Source: a bacterium (GTDB lineage: Bacteria; Electryoneota; Electryoneia; Electryoneales; Electryoneaceae). Taken from it: DNA of 64,000 nucleotides. The stretch covers positions 1,408,001 to 1,472,000 of the forward strand of contig CAXXKJ010000002.1 of NCBI GenBank assembly GCA_963675295.2, given 5' to 3'. The notes under the pieces are model-generated. The model did no database searches. It was not told the origin of the DNA and was given only the letters and a program-made list of their open reading frames with translations. The number at the start of each line of letters is the position of its first letter. The first letter of the stretch is position 1. The position numbers and the translations under genes were made by a program. This document shows positions 37,402-49,352 of this stretch, in pieces.

Positions 37402-39326
37402 TGAATCGCAAATCTCTGCTGCTGACGGTATTCTCGCTGCTGCTGCTGATTGCGGCGAGCATCCCTGGATTCGCCGAGCCGATGACGTATTCAAACAACC
37501 TCGACATCGGCCAGATGATGGATGAAGCCCAGCGTGTCTGGGACTTTGAGGATCACGACTCGATCGTGTTGCTCGAAGGTGTGCGCTACACGTGGATGGA
37601 GGACGGCCGTCTCGCCGAACAGCATCACCGCGTGGTCTGGATCAGCACCGAGCATGGCATCGACCATTACGCCGACCTTCGCGTGCCGTTCGACAGCGAC
37701 CGGCAGGAGCTGAAGGTACGGGCGTTGCGGACCTGGCGTGATGACCGCTGGATCGAACACCGCAAGACGGCGATTGTCGAAACGACGCCCTACGCGTTCC
37801 GTGACACACCGGATTACAACGGTATCCGTGAGACAATGCTGCTGCATGACGGTGTCGAGCTTCCGTGTATCCTCGAGTGCAGCTTCACCATCGAGGACAA
37901 GCAGGCGTATCGTGGCGGATTCGAAGGCCAGTGGATGTTCCAGCACAACGACCCGACGTTGAACAGCTGGCTGATTATCGAAGCGCCGAACGCCGTGCCG
38001 GTGAAGGTGAAGAGCCTCAACGGGGCGATCGAACCGAGCGACGAATTGCCGGGCACCGATGCGTCGCAGCAGGTGTTCTCGTACCGGATGAAGAAGATGG
38101 AACCGGCACCGTTGCCGGCGACCAACGATCCGGCGGCATACCTGCCGACGGTGCAGTGGTCGACATTCAACAGCTGGGTCGACCTGGGCAATCAGCTCAA
38201 GGGCCAGTTCCTGACCAAGTCGATGATCACCGATGCGTTGCGTGACAGCCTCAACATGCTGCTCGATGACGCCGAGACGATGGTCGAAAAGGCTCATCGA
38301 ATCGCGGACTTTGTTGACAGCCACCAGCGTTACATCGACTACGATGGCAAGTGGTTCCTACCGCGTGTGCGCCGTGCGGGCCGGACGTACGAAACCGCGT
38401 ACGGCGCCGCCATTGACCAGAGCGTGCTCACCGCGACGTTGATGCGGGAAGCGGGCTTCGAGGTGTGGCCGGTGCTGCTGAGCGAAGGCTTCGGCAACGT
38501 GGACGAAGGCATCGCGACGTTTGCACGGTTCCAGGTTCCGGGTGTCTGGGTCAGTGGCCCGGGCGTGGAAGCGTACTGGGATCCAGCCACGGGCGTGTTG
38601 CACAACGGTCTCGCGCCGATTTACAACCGTTCGGTGTGGTTGCCGGGATACGACGATCAGCCGATGCTGCGTTGGTCGGGTGACGGTCAGGGCAGCCGTG
38701 TGCTGGCGAGCTTCGAGCTCAGCTGGTGTCCGAAGAATGAAGAGTGGCACGGCACGGGCTATTACGAAGCAGGTGGTGGTTTCTCGCCGTTCGACAAGAT
38801 GGAAGGCGGCGGCAACAGCGCGAACGATCAACTGACCAGCGTCTGCAAGGGCGTGTTCGGTGGCGCGAAGGTGACACAGTTCAGCCCGATGAGCTTTGAC
38901 CGGTTCACGGTTGCGTCCGATCTGTCGTTGACCGTCCCGAAAGCCGATTGCGACAATCTCGGCCGGATGCCGGTAGTTGTTGGTGCACCGGGTGGCGGCC
39001 TGATGGATCTGCTGCCGGGTTATGTGCCGCTTTACATTGCCGACCGAGGCACACCGGTCCCGTTGCCGGGCTCGGGCGAGCAGATGGTCAAGCTGAAGCT
39101 GGACGTGTCCGGCTTTAACGTGGTTCGTGTCCCGGAATCGATGGCGATCAACAACGAGGCGGGCAGCTTCGAGTTGACCGTCGAGCACGATGGTGACATG
39201 ATCACCCTGAACCGTTACCTCAAGGTGAACAAGTCGCTGTACGGCGTCGAGGAATGGCCGCAGCTGCGTGAGCTGTTGCTGGCGGAAGCGAGCGCGTCCA
39301 ACCAGACGATTCTGCTGACGAAGTGA
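37398..39326 (+). CDS. Secreted DUF3857 + transglutaminase-like paralog (catalytic Cys absent)
   Basis: Signal peptide, same architecture, GAAIDQ in place of GxCxD, YWDP; 4-nt overlap with upstream gene. Confidence 0.75.
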   Translation: MMNRKSLLLTVFSLLLLIAASIPGFAEPMTYSNNLDIGQMMDEAQRVWDFEDHDSIVLLEGVRYTWMEDGRLAEQHHRVVWISTEHGIDHYADLRVPFDSDRQELKVRALRTWRDDRWIEHRKTAIVETTPYAFRDTPDYNGIRETMLLHDGVELPCILECSFTIEDKQAYRGGFEGQWMFQHNDPTLNSWLIIEAPNAVPVKVKSLNGAIEPSDELPGTDASQQVFSYRMKKMEPAPLPATNDPAAYLPTVQWSTFNSWVDLGNQLKGQFLTKSMITDALRDSLNMLLDDAETMVEKAHRIADFVDSHQRYIDYDGKWFLPRVRRAGRTYETAYGAAIDQSVLTATLMREAGFEVWPVLLSEGFGNVDEGIATFARFQVPGVWVSGPGVEAYWDPATGVLHNGLAPIYNRSVWLPGYDDQPMLRWSGDGQGSRVLASFELSWCPKNEEWHGTGYYEAGGGFSPFDKMEGGGNSANDQLTSVCKGVFGGAKVTQFSPMSFDRFTVASDLSLTVPKADCDNLGRMPVVVGAPGGGLMDLLPGYVPLYIADRGTPVPLPGSGEQMVKLKLDVSGFNVVRVPESMAINNEAGSFELTVEHDGDMITLNRYLKVNKSLYGVEEWPQLRELLLAEASASNQTILLTK

Positions 39327-39357
39327 GCGTCGTTTGAAGCGTACAGTTGCTGATTTC

Positions 39358-39387
39358 AGGGCGTCCCGTTCATGGGGCGCCCTTTTT
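39358..39387 (+). terminator. Rho-independent terminator
   Basis: agggcgtccc...ggggcgccct + T run. Confidence 0.8.
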
Positions 39388-39553
39388 CTCGTTCATAGTT
39401 GGCAGGGAATGTCAGGCTCGTGCGATTAAGCGGAATAAGACGATAAAAATCCAAAATATCCCTATGCTGCTTGGCTGAAGCCGAATCGTGCCATAGATTA
39501 TCGTGCAGATGAACGACCAACTGACGCATTGGATCTGTCAAGGGGGGTGAAAA

Positions 39554-41332
<1,779 letters not shown>

Positions 41333-41376
41333 CAGCTGATTTCGATGGTATCCAGATTCTCATTGATCGTTACCCT

Positions 41377-41407
41377 GAAAAAGCCACCTCGTTCGAGGTG
41401 GCTTTTC
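41377..41407 (+). terminator. Rho-independent terminator
   Basis: aaaagccacctc-gttc-gaggtggctttt. Confidence 0.8.
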
Positions 41408-41572
41408 TGGCTGATCCGCCGGGATATTCAGAAATTGCGCGGGGAGCGCTCCGAGCGTTTCAGGATGAGTATCGGTTCGATGCGTGGAGTGCTTTTCATC
41501 ATCAGTTTTATTCACTACGTTAATAATAGTCTACACGTTCTCAACGAAAACATATTGTTATCGGGGGTCTTT

Positions 41573-43366
41573 ATGAAACATACCTGCACGATTTTCCTGC
41601 TTCTGCTTTTTGCCTGCCTGGGAACAGCAAGTGCTCAGCCGCAATTCGACGAACACGTGATCGAACCGCACTACGATGGCGCGAACACCATTGACGTCAC
41701 GGACATGGACGGCGACAAGGATCTTGATATCGTCAGCTCGGCGTCTGGTTCTGAGGAGATCAGCTGGTGGGAAAACCAGGACTCGTTGAACTTTGAATAC
41801 CATTACGTCGGAGCCGCGCAGAATCCCAGCCGTCTGGAGGCCGGAGATCTTGATGGTGACGGCGACAAGGACATTGTCTGTGCATTCGACTTTGGCAACA
41901 TGATTCTGTGGTATGAGAACCAGGGGAATGACACCTGGTTGCCACATACACTGGTATCCGGCTATCCGGAAGCACGCAGCGTGGAGCTTGCGGACATGGA
42001 TTCGGACGGTGACGTGGACGTTGTTTCCTGCGGCCAGTGGCGTGTGACGTGGTTCGAAAACACCGGTAGCGCGCTTTCCTTCATCGCCCATGATCTCGAT
42101 ACGAATTTTCCGGGCGCGGCCATGGTGCAGGCGTTCGACGTCGACCTGGACGGTGACAAGGACGTGTTCTGCACCGCGTATTGGTGGGATGATACGGCGT
42201 GGTGGGAGAATGATGGCGCTGAGATGTTTACCCGGCACGATTTGAACCCGACTCTCGACGATCCGCACTGGATGGAAGTCGCGGATCTGAACGGCGATAT
42301 GCTCAAGGACGTTATCGTCAGCTCACGTTCGACCAACGAACTGATGGTGTACCGCAATACGGGGTCCGGCTTTACGGGGTACAGCGTGGCCTGCCCGGTG
42401 CAGGGACCACAGGGGATCACGGCGGCTGACTTTGATGATGATCAGGATACGGATTTCATCGTAGTGGGACGCGCTGAAGGGTCGATCTGGCTGTTTTTGA
42501 ATGACAACAATGAGTTTGAGCCATTCCTGATCCAGAATGGCCGGTCGTTGTGTTCCAATGTGCACGCCGGGCCGATGGACCATGACATGGACATCGACTT
42601 TGTCGCGACTTATCAGGGGGAGAACACGCTCGCGGTCTGGGAGAATCACGCAAACGACAACATTGACCCTGCCGAAATGATCGAAATCGAGTTGGTACCG
42701 TTCAACCCTCCAATTGTGATTCCACCCATCGGTGGCTGGCTGACCTTCAGCGCCGTCATCAGCAACCACAGCGAAGCGATGGTGAGTGGTTTCGCCTGGG
42801 CATGGGTGGTGACACCAACAGAGAACATTGTCCCGTTCGCTGGACCGATTGGGTTGACGCTGGGGCCGGGTGAGTCGGTTGACTACCCTTACCTGCAAGC
42901 TCATTGCCCCGCGGGTGCGCCGGCGGGGACATACACCATGCGTGCGGCAATTGGCGAACAGGTGCCTTATCCGCTGGACATGGATGAGTTTCCGATTGTG
43001 AAGCTGGCTGCATCCGGTCACGTGGATGAAAATGCGGAATGGAGGTTGACCGGTTGGGATGAGCCGAGTGGGGAGGTGCAGGCCGAACCTGTTGCACTTC
43101 CGGACGGCTTCGCGCTTTCCGCGTACCCGAATCCGTTTAATCCGTCGACGACAGTCACGGTCGATCTGCCGGCGTCGTCCGAGTTGAGCGTTACGGTGTT
43201 CGACGTTCAGGGACGTGTGGTGTCAACGTTGGCGGACGGATGGCACCAAGCCGGGGTGCATACGATCCAGTTTGACGCCCAGCACCTCGCGGCCGGCATG
43301 TATTTCGTGCAGGCTCGTGGCGCGGATGGCGAAACGATTTCCCGGAAACTGATGCTGCTGAAATAA
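41573..43366 (+). CDS. Secreted FG-GAP/VCBS-repeat protein with sorting CTD (tandem paralog of 39554-41332)
   Basis: Shares SCGQWRV.WFENTG, NFPGAAM, TAYWWDDTAW, DPHWM with the upstream gene. Confidence 0.9.
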   Translation: MKHTCTIFLLLLFACLGTASAQPQFDEHVIEPHYDGANTIDVTDMDGDKDLDIVSSASGSEEISWWENQDSLNFEYHYVGAAQNPSRLEAGDLDGDGDKDIVCAFDFGNMILWYENQGNDTWLPHTLVSGYPEARSVELADMDSDGDVDVVSCGQWRVTWFENTGSALSFIAHDLDTNFPGAAMVQAFDVDLDGDKDVFCTAYWWDDTAWWENDGAEMFTRHDLNPTLDDPHWMEVADLNGDMLKDVIVSSRSTNELMVYRNTGSGFTGYSVACPVQGPQGITAADFDDDQDTDFIVVGRAEGSIWLFLNDNNEFEPFLIQNGRSLCSNVHAGPMDHDMDIDFVATYQGENTLAVWENHANDNIDPAEMIEIELVPFNPPIVIPPIGGWLTFSAVISNHSEAMVSGFAWAWVVTPTENIVPFAGPIGLTLGPGESVDYPYLQAHCPAGAPAGTYTMRAAIGEQVPYPLDMDEFPIVKLAASGHVDENAEWRLTGWDEPSGEVQAEPVALPDGFALSAYPNPFNPSTTVTVDLPASSELSVTVFDVQGRVVSTLADGWHQAGVHTIQFDAQHLAAGMYFVQARGADGETISRKLMLLK

Positions 43367-43439
43367 GTGTTACAGCAGTTGAATGTCGTATACGCATCAG
43401 CCACCTTTGCCGGGTGGCTGTTTCACTTGGTCGGATGGC

Positions 43440-43889
43440 ATGCGTCGAACGAAACCTGAAGCATCGGTGCTGAACACCCTGGCGATTGCTGCCGTGCGCC
43501 TGTACCGCTCCGTATGGCACCGGATCCACCGATGTCTCGATTGGATGGGGATACGGTTTCGAGTCTGCCATTTCGAGCCTAGCTGCTCGCAATATGCCCT
43601 TGACGCCTTCGAACGCTACCCCGCACGCAAGGCGCTGGTGCTGACCTGGTTCCGTGTCTGGCGCTGCCATCGCGCAAGTTATTTCCACGTCGTGATGCCA
43701 GACCGGTTGGTGGATGAATCCGATGATGCACCGCACTACGAACACTGCTGCGGCGGTGCGATGCAGATGGGAAACGGTCACGCGAGTGCGCAGAACGGTT
43801 CCCGGCACTCGTCCAATGGTCACAAGCCCGACCACCATCTTGAGGTATCTCCGGAGGCTCGCTTTAAGAAAAGCTCAAGTAAACGGTGA
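43440..43889 (+). CDS. yidD: YidD-like membrane protein insertion efficiency factor with C-terminal extension
   Basis: CHFEPSCSQYALDAF...RVWRCH matches the CRF.PTCS.Y...RI.RC motif. Confidence 0.7.
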   Translation: MRRTKPEASVLNTLAIAAVRLYRSVWHRIHRCLDWMGIRFRVCHFEPSCSQYALDAFERYPARKALVLTWFRVWRCHRASYFHVVMPDRLVDESDDAPHYEHCCGGAMQMGNGHASAQNGSRHSSNGHKPDHHLEVSPEARFKKSSSKR

Positions 43890-44206
43890 GAGCTGCCGAA
43901 GAGTAGGGGGAAGCGAATGCAGTACTCATTGCCCCTGCCCACCAACAGATGGAGGACATCGAGCGCTTCACTTCCCTCCGGTTGCGGAGGAACCCTTGCT
44001 GTCAGGTGCCCGAGTCGTGACGACGACTGCGGGCATTTGACGTTTTTGGGGCTCTCGTTGTCGCAGAGTGAAACTATTAAGCCGCAGGATGCGTCTACCT
44101 AACACTGGCCCCGGGATTGCTCGCTGACAGGTACGGGTCCTGAGTGTATCAAATGTAAATAATGCAAAAAACGTCGATACAGTTTTTGGGCTCTCGTGCC
44201 GATGTA

Positions 44207-44235
44207 TTGGATATAGCCCGGATTTCTCTTACTAT
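44207..44235 (+). promoter_or_regulatory. sigma70-type promoter of candidate sRNA
   Basis: TTGGAT-17 bp-TACTAT. Confidence 0.5.
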
Positions 44236-44240
44236 TGTGA

Positions 44241-44334
44241 GTGTTCTGATAGCATGTTCCGAAACCATCATGTTCCTACGCATCGATTCCTTTCGGAACT
44301 TCGAAGCCGCCCCCCTACAGGCGGCTTCTTTTTT
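44241..44334 (+). ncRNA. Candidate small RNA (about 95 nt)
   Basis: Promoter, 9-bp stem gttccgaaa/tttcggaac, then terminator with + strand T run; no downstream + strand gene. Confidence 0.45.
44303..44334 (+). terminator. Rho-independent terminator
   Basis: gaagccgcc-cccctaca-ggcggcttc-tttttt. Confidence 0.8.
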
Positions 44335-44370
44335 CTCTTGCTGGTACGGTGATCGTCGCTGGCGCGTTCG

Positions 44371-46344
44371 CTAGTCTTTCTCGCCTTCATCCAACAGAGT
44401 CTGGACTTCGCTCAGCTCGGGACGTCCCGGCAGCACGGCGGCGGTTTCGACGGCGAGTTCGACCTTGCCGAACGGTGGCATGATGTAAGCACCCTGTACC
44501 CGTCTTGCGAGCTGCTTCAGCATCGAGCGGGCGATGGCGATCCCTTCCTGCATGCCGTGTTCGCGGCTCTTTTCCGACGCGACGCGCATCTGTTCACGAA
44601 TCGGCTTCGGGATTTCCATGCCGGGGACTTCATTGTGGAAGAACTCGGCGTTGCGGTAGGATGCCAGCGGCAGAATCCCGATGAAGACGGGAATGTCTTT
44701 CAGGCCTTCGGCGCGGTCGAGGGCGCCCATCACGCGATCGAGATCGAAGACGGGCTGGGTGAGGATGTACTCGGCACCGTTGTCGAGTTTACGCGCGAGG
44801 CGGTCGAGTTCCAGCTTCAGGTCGATCGCGGCGGGATTGAAGCCGGCGCCGAGGAACAGGGATGTTCCCTTGGACAACGGTTTTCCGGCGAGGTCGAGGG
44901 AGCGGTTGAGGTTGCTGGCGATTTTCAGCAGGCCGATGGAATCGACGTCATAAACAGCGGTCGCCATCGGATAGTCGCCCAGTTTCGGCGGGTCGCCGGT
45001 GACCGCGAGAAGGTTCTGGAGGCCCAATGCCTGCGCGCCGAGCAGGTCGGACTGGATGCCAAGAATGTTGCGGTCACGGCAGGTGTAATGCAGGATGACA
45101 TCCATCTCGGTTTCGCGTTGGACAATGTGCGCGAGCGCCATCGGGGCCATGCGTGCCGAGGCGCGGGGACCATCGGGGATGTTGACAGCGTCGATCGCGG
45201 CGGCTTTAAGGAACTTGACCTGCCGCAGAATGAGCCCCTTCAACGAACTGCGCGGCGGGTGCAATTCGCAGCAGACGGGGAACGCGTTGATGTCCAGCAG
45301 CTTGGCGAGTGTGGATCGCTTGCCACGTGGCGGCACCGGCTGGCCTTCGTCGTCTTCGTCGGCAACAGCCTCCAGTTTTCCAAGGGAGGAGACGGAAACG
45401 TCCGCGCCGGCTTTGACCGGTCCGGCGACCGGGCCGAGCGCACGGATCGCCGCTGCCATCGCGGTGATGTGGCGCGGTCCGGTGCCGCAGCAGCCACCGA
45501 TGACACGGACGCCGTGCTGAACAAGGCGTTTCGTGTACTCGGCGAAATACTCCGGCGTCGACATGTAAAGGATGCGGCCCTCGACGACACGCGGTTCGCC
45601 GGCGTTTGGGAACGCGGCGAGCGGTTTGCTGGTGTGCTCGCGCATCGGGATGATGTTTTCGAGCAAGTCGTGCGGGCCGGTGGAACAGTTGAGGCCGATG
45701 ACATCGACCGGCTGTTTGTCGAGGGTGCGGGCGATGTGTGCTGGTGTGTGGCCAAAGCCGGCGGTGATCTCCGGGTTGAGTGTCATCAGCGCGATGATCG
45801 GCAGGTCGGACAACGAGCGCACGGCCTCGATCGCGAGCAGCAGGGCGTTGAGGTCGAGGAAAGTTTCGAGGATGAAGAGGTCAACGCCGCCCTCGCGCAG
45901 GCCGGTAACCTGGCGCTTAAACGCGCGAACGGCTTCCTTCGGCGAGAGGTTGCCGACGGGGGTGAGCGCGTTTCCGATCGGTCCGATGGACCCGGCGACG
46001 ACGACATTTGCGCCTTCGGACGCGCAGCGCCGGGCAATCGCCACACCGGCGCGGTTGATCTCCTCGGTTTTTTCCGCGAGACCGAACTTACCGAGTTTGA
46101 ATGGATTCGCGCCGAATGTGTTGGTCTCGAGGATGCGTGCGCCGGCCTGGACATACTCCCGGTGCACCGCCTTGACCAGGTGCGGGTCGCTGAGGTTGAG
46201 CGCATCGAAATTGCGGTTGATGTAGATGCCGCGCTCGTACAGACGGGTGCCCATGGCGCCATCCCCGAGCACCACCTGCCCCGCTTCCATCCAGCGGCGG
46301 AAGGGGTTGGTAACGATTGGCTTCTTTTTCTTTTCGGGGGGCAT
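44371..46344 (-). CDS. yitJ: Bifunctional homocysteine S-methyltransferase / methylenetetrahydrofolate reductase (YitJ-like)
   Basis: DGAMGT, ETNTFGAN, GLNC, GGCCGT; C-terminal ELHPP, HYTCRDRN, VTGDP, TQPVFD. Confidence 0.92.
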   Translation of the reverse strand: MPPEKKKKPIVTNPFRRWMEAGQVVLGDGAMGTRLYERGIYINRNFDALNLSDPHLVKAVHREYVQAGARILETNTFGANPFKLGKFGLAEKTEEINRAGVAIARRCASEGANVVVAGSIGPIGNALTPVGNLSPKEAVRAFKRQVTGLREGGVDLFILETFLDLNALLLAIEAVRSLSDLPIIALMTLNPEITAGFGHTPAHIARTLDKQPVDVIGLNCSTGPHDLLENIIPMREHTSKPLAAFPNAGEPRVVEGRILYMSTPEYFAEYTKRLVQHGVRVIGGCCGTGPRHITAMAAAIRALGPVAGPVKAGADVSVSSLGKLEAVADEDDEGQPVPPRGKRSTLAKLLDINAFPVCCELHPPRSSLKGLILRQVKFLKAAAIDAVNIPDGPRASARMAPMALAHIVQRETEMDVILHYTCRDRNILGIQSDLLGAQALGLQNLLAVTGDPPKLGDYPMATAVYDVDSIGLLKIASNLNRSLDLAGKPLSKGTSLFLGAGFNPAAIDLKLELDRLARKLDNGAEYILTQPVFDLDRVMGALDRAEGLKDIPVFIGILPLASYRNAEFFHNEVPGMEIPKPIREQMRVASEKSREHGMQEGIAIARSMLKQLARRVQGAYIMPPFGKVELAVETAAVLPGRPELSEVQTLLDEGEKD

Positions 46345-46351
46345 GATCAAC

Positions 46352-48652
46352 TTACCCCGCAGCTTCTTCCCGCATCCGTTTCGCGGCGGCGACCATATTC
46401 GCGAGCGAATCCTTTACTTCCGGCCAGCCGCGTGTTTTCAGGCCGCAATCGGGATTGACCCACAGCCGTTGTTTCGGGATATGCTTCAGCGCGCGTTGCA
46501 GCAGGTCGGTCATTTCGTCGCTGGAGGGGACGCGTGGGCTGTGAATGTCCCACACACCCGGCCCGATGTCGTTCGGATAATGGAATTCGTCGAACGCGTC
46601 CAGCAGTTCCATCCGGCTGCGGCTGGCTTCGATGGAGATGACGTCGGCGTCCATCGCGGCGATGGCGTCGAAGATCTCGTTGAATTCGCTGTAGCACATG
46701 TGGGTGTGGATCTGGGTATCATCCTTGACGCCGCTGGAAGCCACCCGGAAACAGCGCACCGCCCAGTCGAAATAGGTAGACCACTCCTTGCGGCGGAGGG
46801 GCAGTCCTTCACGGAAGGCCGGTTCGTCAATCTGGACGACCTCAATGCCAGCACTTTCGAGATCAACGACTTCGTCCCGAATCGCCAGCGCGATCTGTTC
46901 GCAGGTTTTGGAGCGGGGCTGATCGTCCCGCACGAACGACCACTGCAGCATCGTCACCGGGCCGGTGAGCATGCCCTTAACCGGATGATCGGTATGATCC
47001 TTCGCGAACCTGGACCACCGGACGGTCATCGGGTGCGGCCGGTGGACGTCCCCGAAAATGATCGGCGGCTTGACCCCGCGGCTGCCGTAGGATTGCACCC
47101 AGCCGTGTTGCGTGAACGCGTACCCGTCGAGCTGCTCGCCGAAGTATTCGACCATGTCATTGCGCTCAAACTCGCCGTGCACGAGCACATCAACCCCGGC
47201 CTCTTCCTGGTATTTGAGCGTGCTGAGGATTTCGTTTTCGATGGCTTGTTCGTACTGTTCGCGGGTTAACTCACCCTTGCGCAATTGCAGCCGCAGACGG
47301 CGGACTTCCCGTGTCTGCGGGAACGAACCGATGGTGGTCGTAGGGAACGGCGGCAGGTTCAGCTTCGCCTGCTGTGCGGCGACACGTCGCGGGAAATCGG
47401 ATGCCCGGCGCGCCATGGTGTCGTTGATTGCGTCCTGACGCTTGCGCACAGATTCGTTGACCACGCGCTCGCTGCTGCGGCGGGTATCCCACGCGTCCCG
47501 TGAGGCGGCGAACGCTTGCTGCACGTCGGATGTGCCTTCTCCGTTCAGGACGTACGTCAGTGCAACGACTTCGTCCAATTTCTGCTTGCCGAACGCCATC
47601 CAGCTCTTCAGCTCGTCGTCGAGTTTTGTCTCGAGGTCGAGGTCGATGGGGGAGTGGAGCAGGCTGCAGGATGGTGCGACCATCAGATCGTGATGTCCGC
47701 CGCGCAACGTCGCCGCGCGCTTGAGCAAGTCCAGCGCTTTGTCGAGGTCGGCGCGCCAGACGTTGCGTCCATTGACCACACCGCAGCCGAGCAGCTTGCC
47801 CTCCGGCAGTCGCGGCGCGATGGCGTCAAGCTGTTCCGGTGTGCGCACGAGGTCGAGGTGCAGACCGTCGCCCATGGTGACGGCGAGCTCAGCGTTGTGT
47901 GCGATGCTGCCGAAATAGGTCGCGGTGAGCAGTTTCGGACGCTCGGACAGGCTGTTGAGGTACGCCCACGCCTGCTCGAAGATGGAACGTGCTTCGTCGT
48001 CAAGGTCAAGCACCAGCGCCGGTTCGTCGAGCTGAACCATGAACACGCCCATCTCGTGGAATCGGCGCAGGATCTCGCCGTAGACCGGAAGCATCCGTTC
48101 GAGGATGACACGTTTCGGGGTGTCGTCCAGGACCTTGCCAAGCAGCAGGTAGGTCGCTGGGCCGACCAGTACCGGGCGTGGGTGTTCAACACCGGCGGCA
48201 CGGGCTTTTTCCACCGCGCGAAACGGGTGTAGCGAGGCGATGTGGAAGTCGGTGTCTTCGTCGAATTCCGGGACGATGTAGTGGTAATTGGTGTCGAACC
48301 ACTTGGTCATTTCCATCGCGGGCACGTCACGGTCGGCGTCCTGAGCGCCACGGGCCATCGCGAAGTAGGTGTCGAGTTCGATCTCATCGAGCAGCGGTGC
48401 GTTGTACCGGGATGGAATCGCGCCGAGCAGGCCGCTCATGTCGAGCATGTGATCGTAATAGGAGAAGTCGTTGACCGGTATCGCGAACAGGCCGGCGTCC
48501 ATCTGGATCCGCCAGTGCCGTTCCATCAGCATGTCCGCAGTATTGCGCAGCTGAGCTTCGGTCAGTTTGCCCTTCCAGAAGGCTTCGACCGCCTTCTTCA
48601 GCTCTCGTTTCGCGCCAAAACGGGGAAATCCGAGATTGCTTGCCACCGCCAT
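46352..48652 (-). CDS. metE: Cobalamin-independent methionine synthase
   Basis: LGFPRFGAKRELK, MTKWFDTNYHY, TTTIGSFPQT, HTHMCYSE, WVNPDCGLKTR. Confidence 0.98.
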   Translation of the reverse strand: MAVASNLGFPRFGAKRELKKAVEAFWKGKLTEAQLRNTADMLMERHWRIQMDAGLFAIPVNDFSYYDHMLDMSGLLGAIPSRYNAPLLDEIELDTYFAMARGAQDADRDVPAMEMTKWFDTNYHYIVPEFDEDTDFHIASLHPFRAVEKARAAGVEHPRPVLVGPATYLLLGKVLDDTPKRVILERMLPVYGEILRRFHEMGVFMVQLDEPALVLDLDDEARSIFEQAWAYLNSLSERPKLLTATYFGSIAHNAELAVTMGDGLHLDLVRTPEQLDAIAPRLPEGKLLGCGVVNGRNVWRADLDKALDLLKRAATLRGGHHDLMVAPSCSLLHSPIDLDLETKLDDELKSWMAFGKQKLDEVVALTYVLNGEGTSDVQQAFAASRDAWDTRRSSERVVNESVRKRQDAINDTMARRASDFPRRVAAQQAKLNLPPFPTTTIGSFPQTREVRRLRLQLRKGELTREQYEQAIENEILSTLKYQEEAGVDVLVHGEFERNDMVEYFGEQLDGYAFTQHGWVQSYGSRGVKPPIIFGDVHRPHPMTVRWSRFAKDHTDHPVKGMLTGPVTMLQWSFVRDDQPRSKTCEQIALAIRDEVVDLESAGIEVVQIDEPAFREGLPLRRKEWSTYFDWAVRCFRVASSGVKDDTQIHTHMCYSEFNEIFDAIAAMDADVISIEASRSRMELLDAFDEFHYPNDIGPGVWDIHSPRVPSSDEMTDLLQRALKHIPKQRLWVNPDCGLKTRGWPEVKDSLANMVAAAKRMREEAAG

Positions 48653-48677
48653 GATGTCTACCCTAGCTTGAACAGAA

Positions 48678-49352
48678 ATGTTTGCCTTCCCGAACGAACA
48701 AAATGCGAACAGGTGGCCGGTGGATTCCAGCGAAAAACACGAATTGCCTGAGGCGCGAGTCAGCAATGGCAACAGCCCGTCCCAGCGTGGTCCGGTGATA
48801 GTCACCGGTTTGCCACGCAGTGGAACGTCGATGGTGATGCAGATGCTGAACGCCGGCGGGATGCCGTTGCTCATCGACGAAGGCCGCCCCGCCGACGACC
48901 ATAACCCGCGTGGATATTACGAATTTGAACCGGTAAAACGCATCGAGACGGACACGTCGTGGCTGCCGCAAGCCTACGGCAAGGCTGTGAAGATTGTGAT
49001 TCCGCTGGTGCGTGTGATCGCCGGGATGGATGTGCACGCGACGGTGCTGTTGGTGATGCGTGATTTGAACGCGGTGCTTGCCAGCCAGAAGCGGATGATC
49101 GAGGCGGACGGCGGAGTGGTGCCGCCGGACGAACAGGACCAGCTCCGCGTTGTGTTTCAAACCGAGCAGGCCCAGGCGAGAGCATTGCTCAATGCCAACC
49201 GTCACCAGAAACTGGTCGTGCTCACCTACGAGGCCATTCTCGAGAATCCGTTGCGTGAGGCGAACCGTATCGCGCAGGCCTTGCCGGCATGTGTCGATGC
49301 AGCAGCGATGGCGGCGGTGGTCGACCTTACGTTGAACCGGTCGGGCAGCTAG
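48678..49352 (+). CDS. Sulfotransferase-family protein (start uncertain)
   Basis: VTGLPRSGTSMVMQML PAPS-binding loop, NPRGYYE, MRD...VLASQ, YE.ILENP. Confidence 0.85.
   Translation: MFAFPNEQNANRWPVDSSEKHELPEARVSNGNSPSQRGPVIVTGLPRSGTSMVMQMLNAGGMPLLIDEGRPADDHNPRGYYEFEPVKRIETDTSWLPQAYGKAVKIVIPLVRVIAGMDVHATVLLVMRDLNAVLASQKRMIEADGGVVPPDEQDQLRVVFQTEQAQARALLNANRHQKLVVLTYEAILENPLREANRIAQALPACVDAAAMAAVVDLTLNRSGS

Noticed and set aside
44162-44374. 70-aa ORF spanning the candidate sRNA
   Set aside because: No RBS, runs through a terminator, and has no recognisable motif.
48653-48780. SAM or cobalamin riboswitch upstream of metE
   Set aside because: No recognisable SAM-I or B12-box consensus; the space is short and shared with the divergent sulfotransferase.
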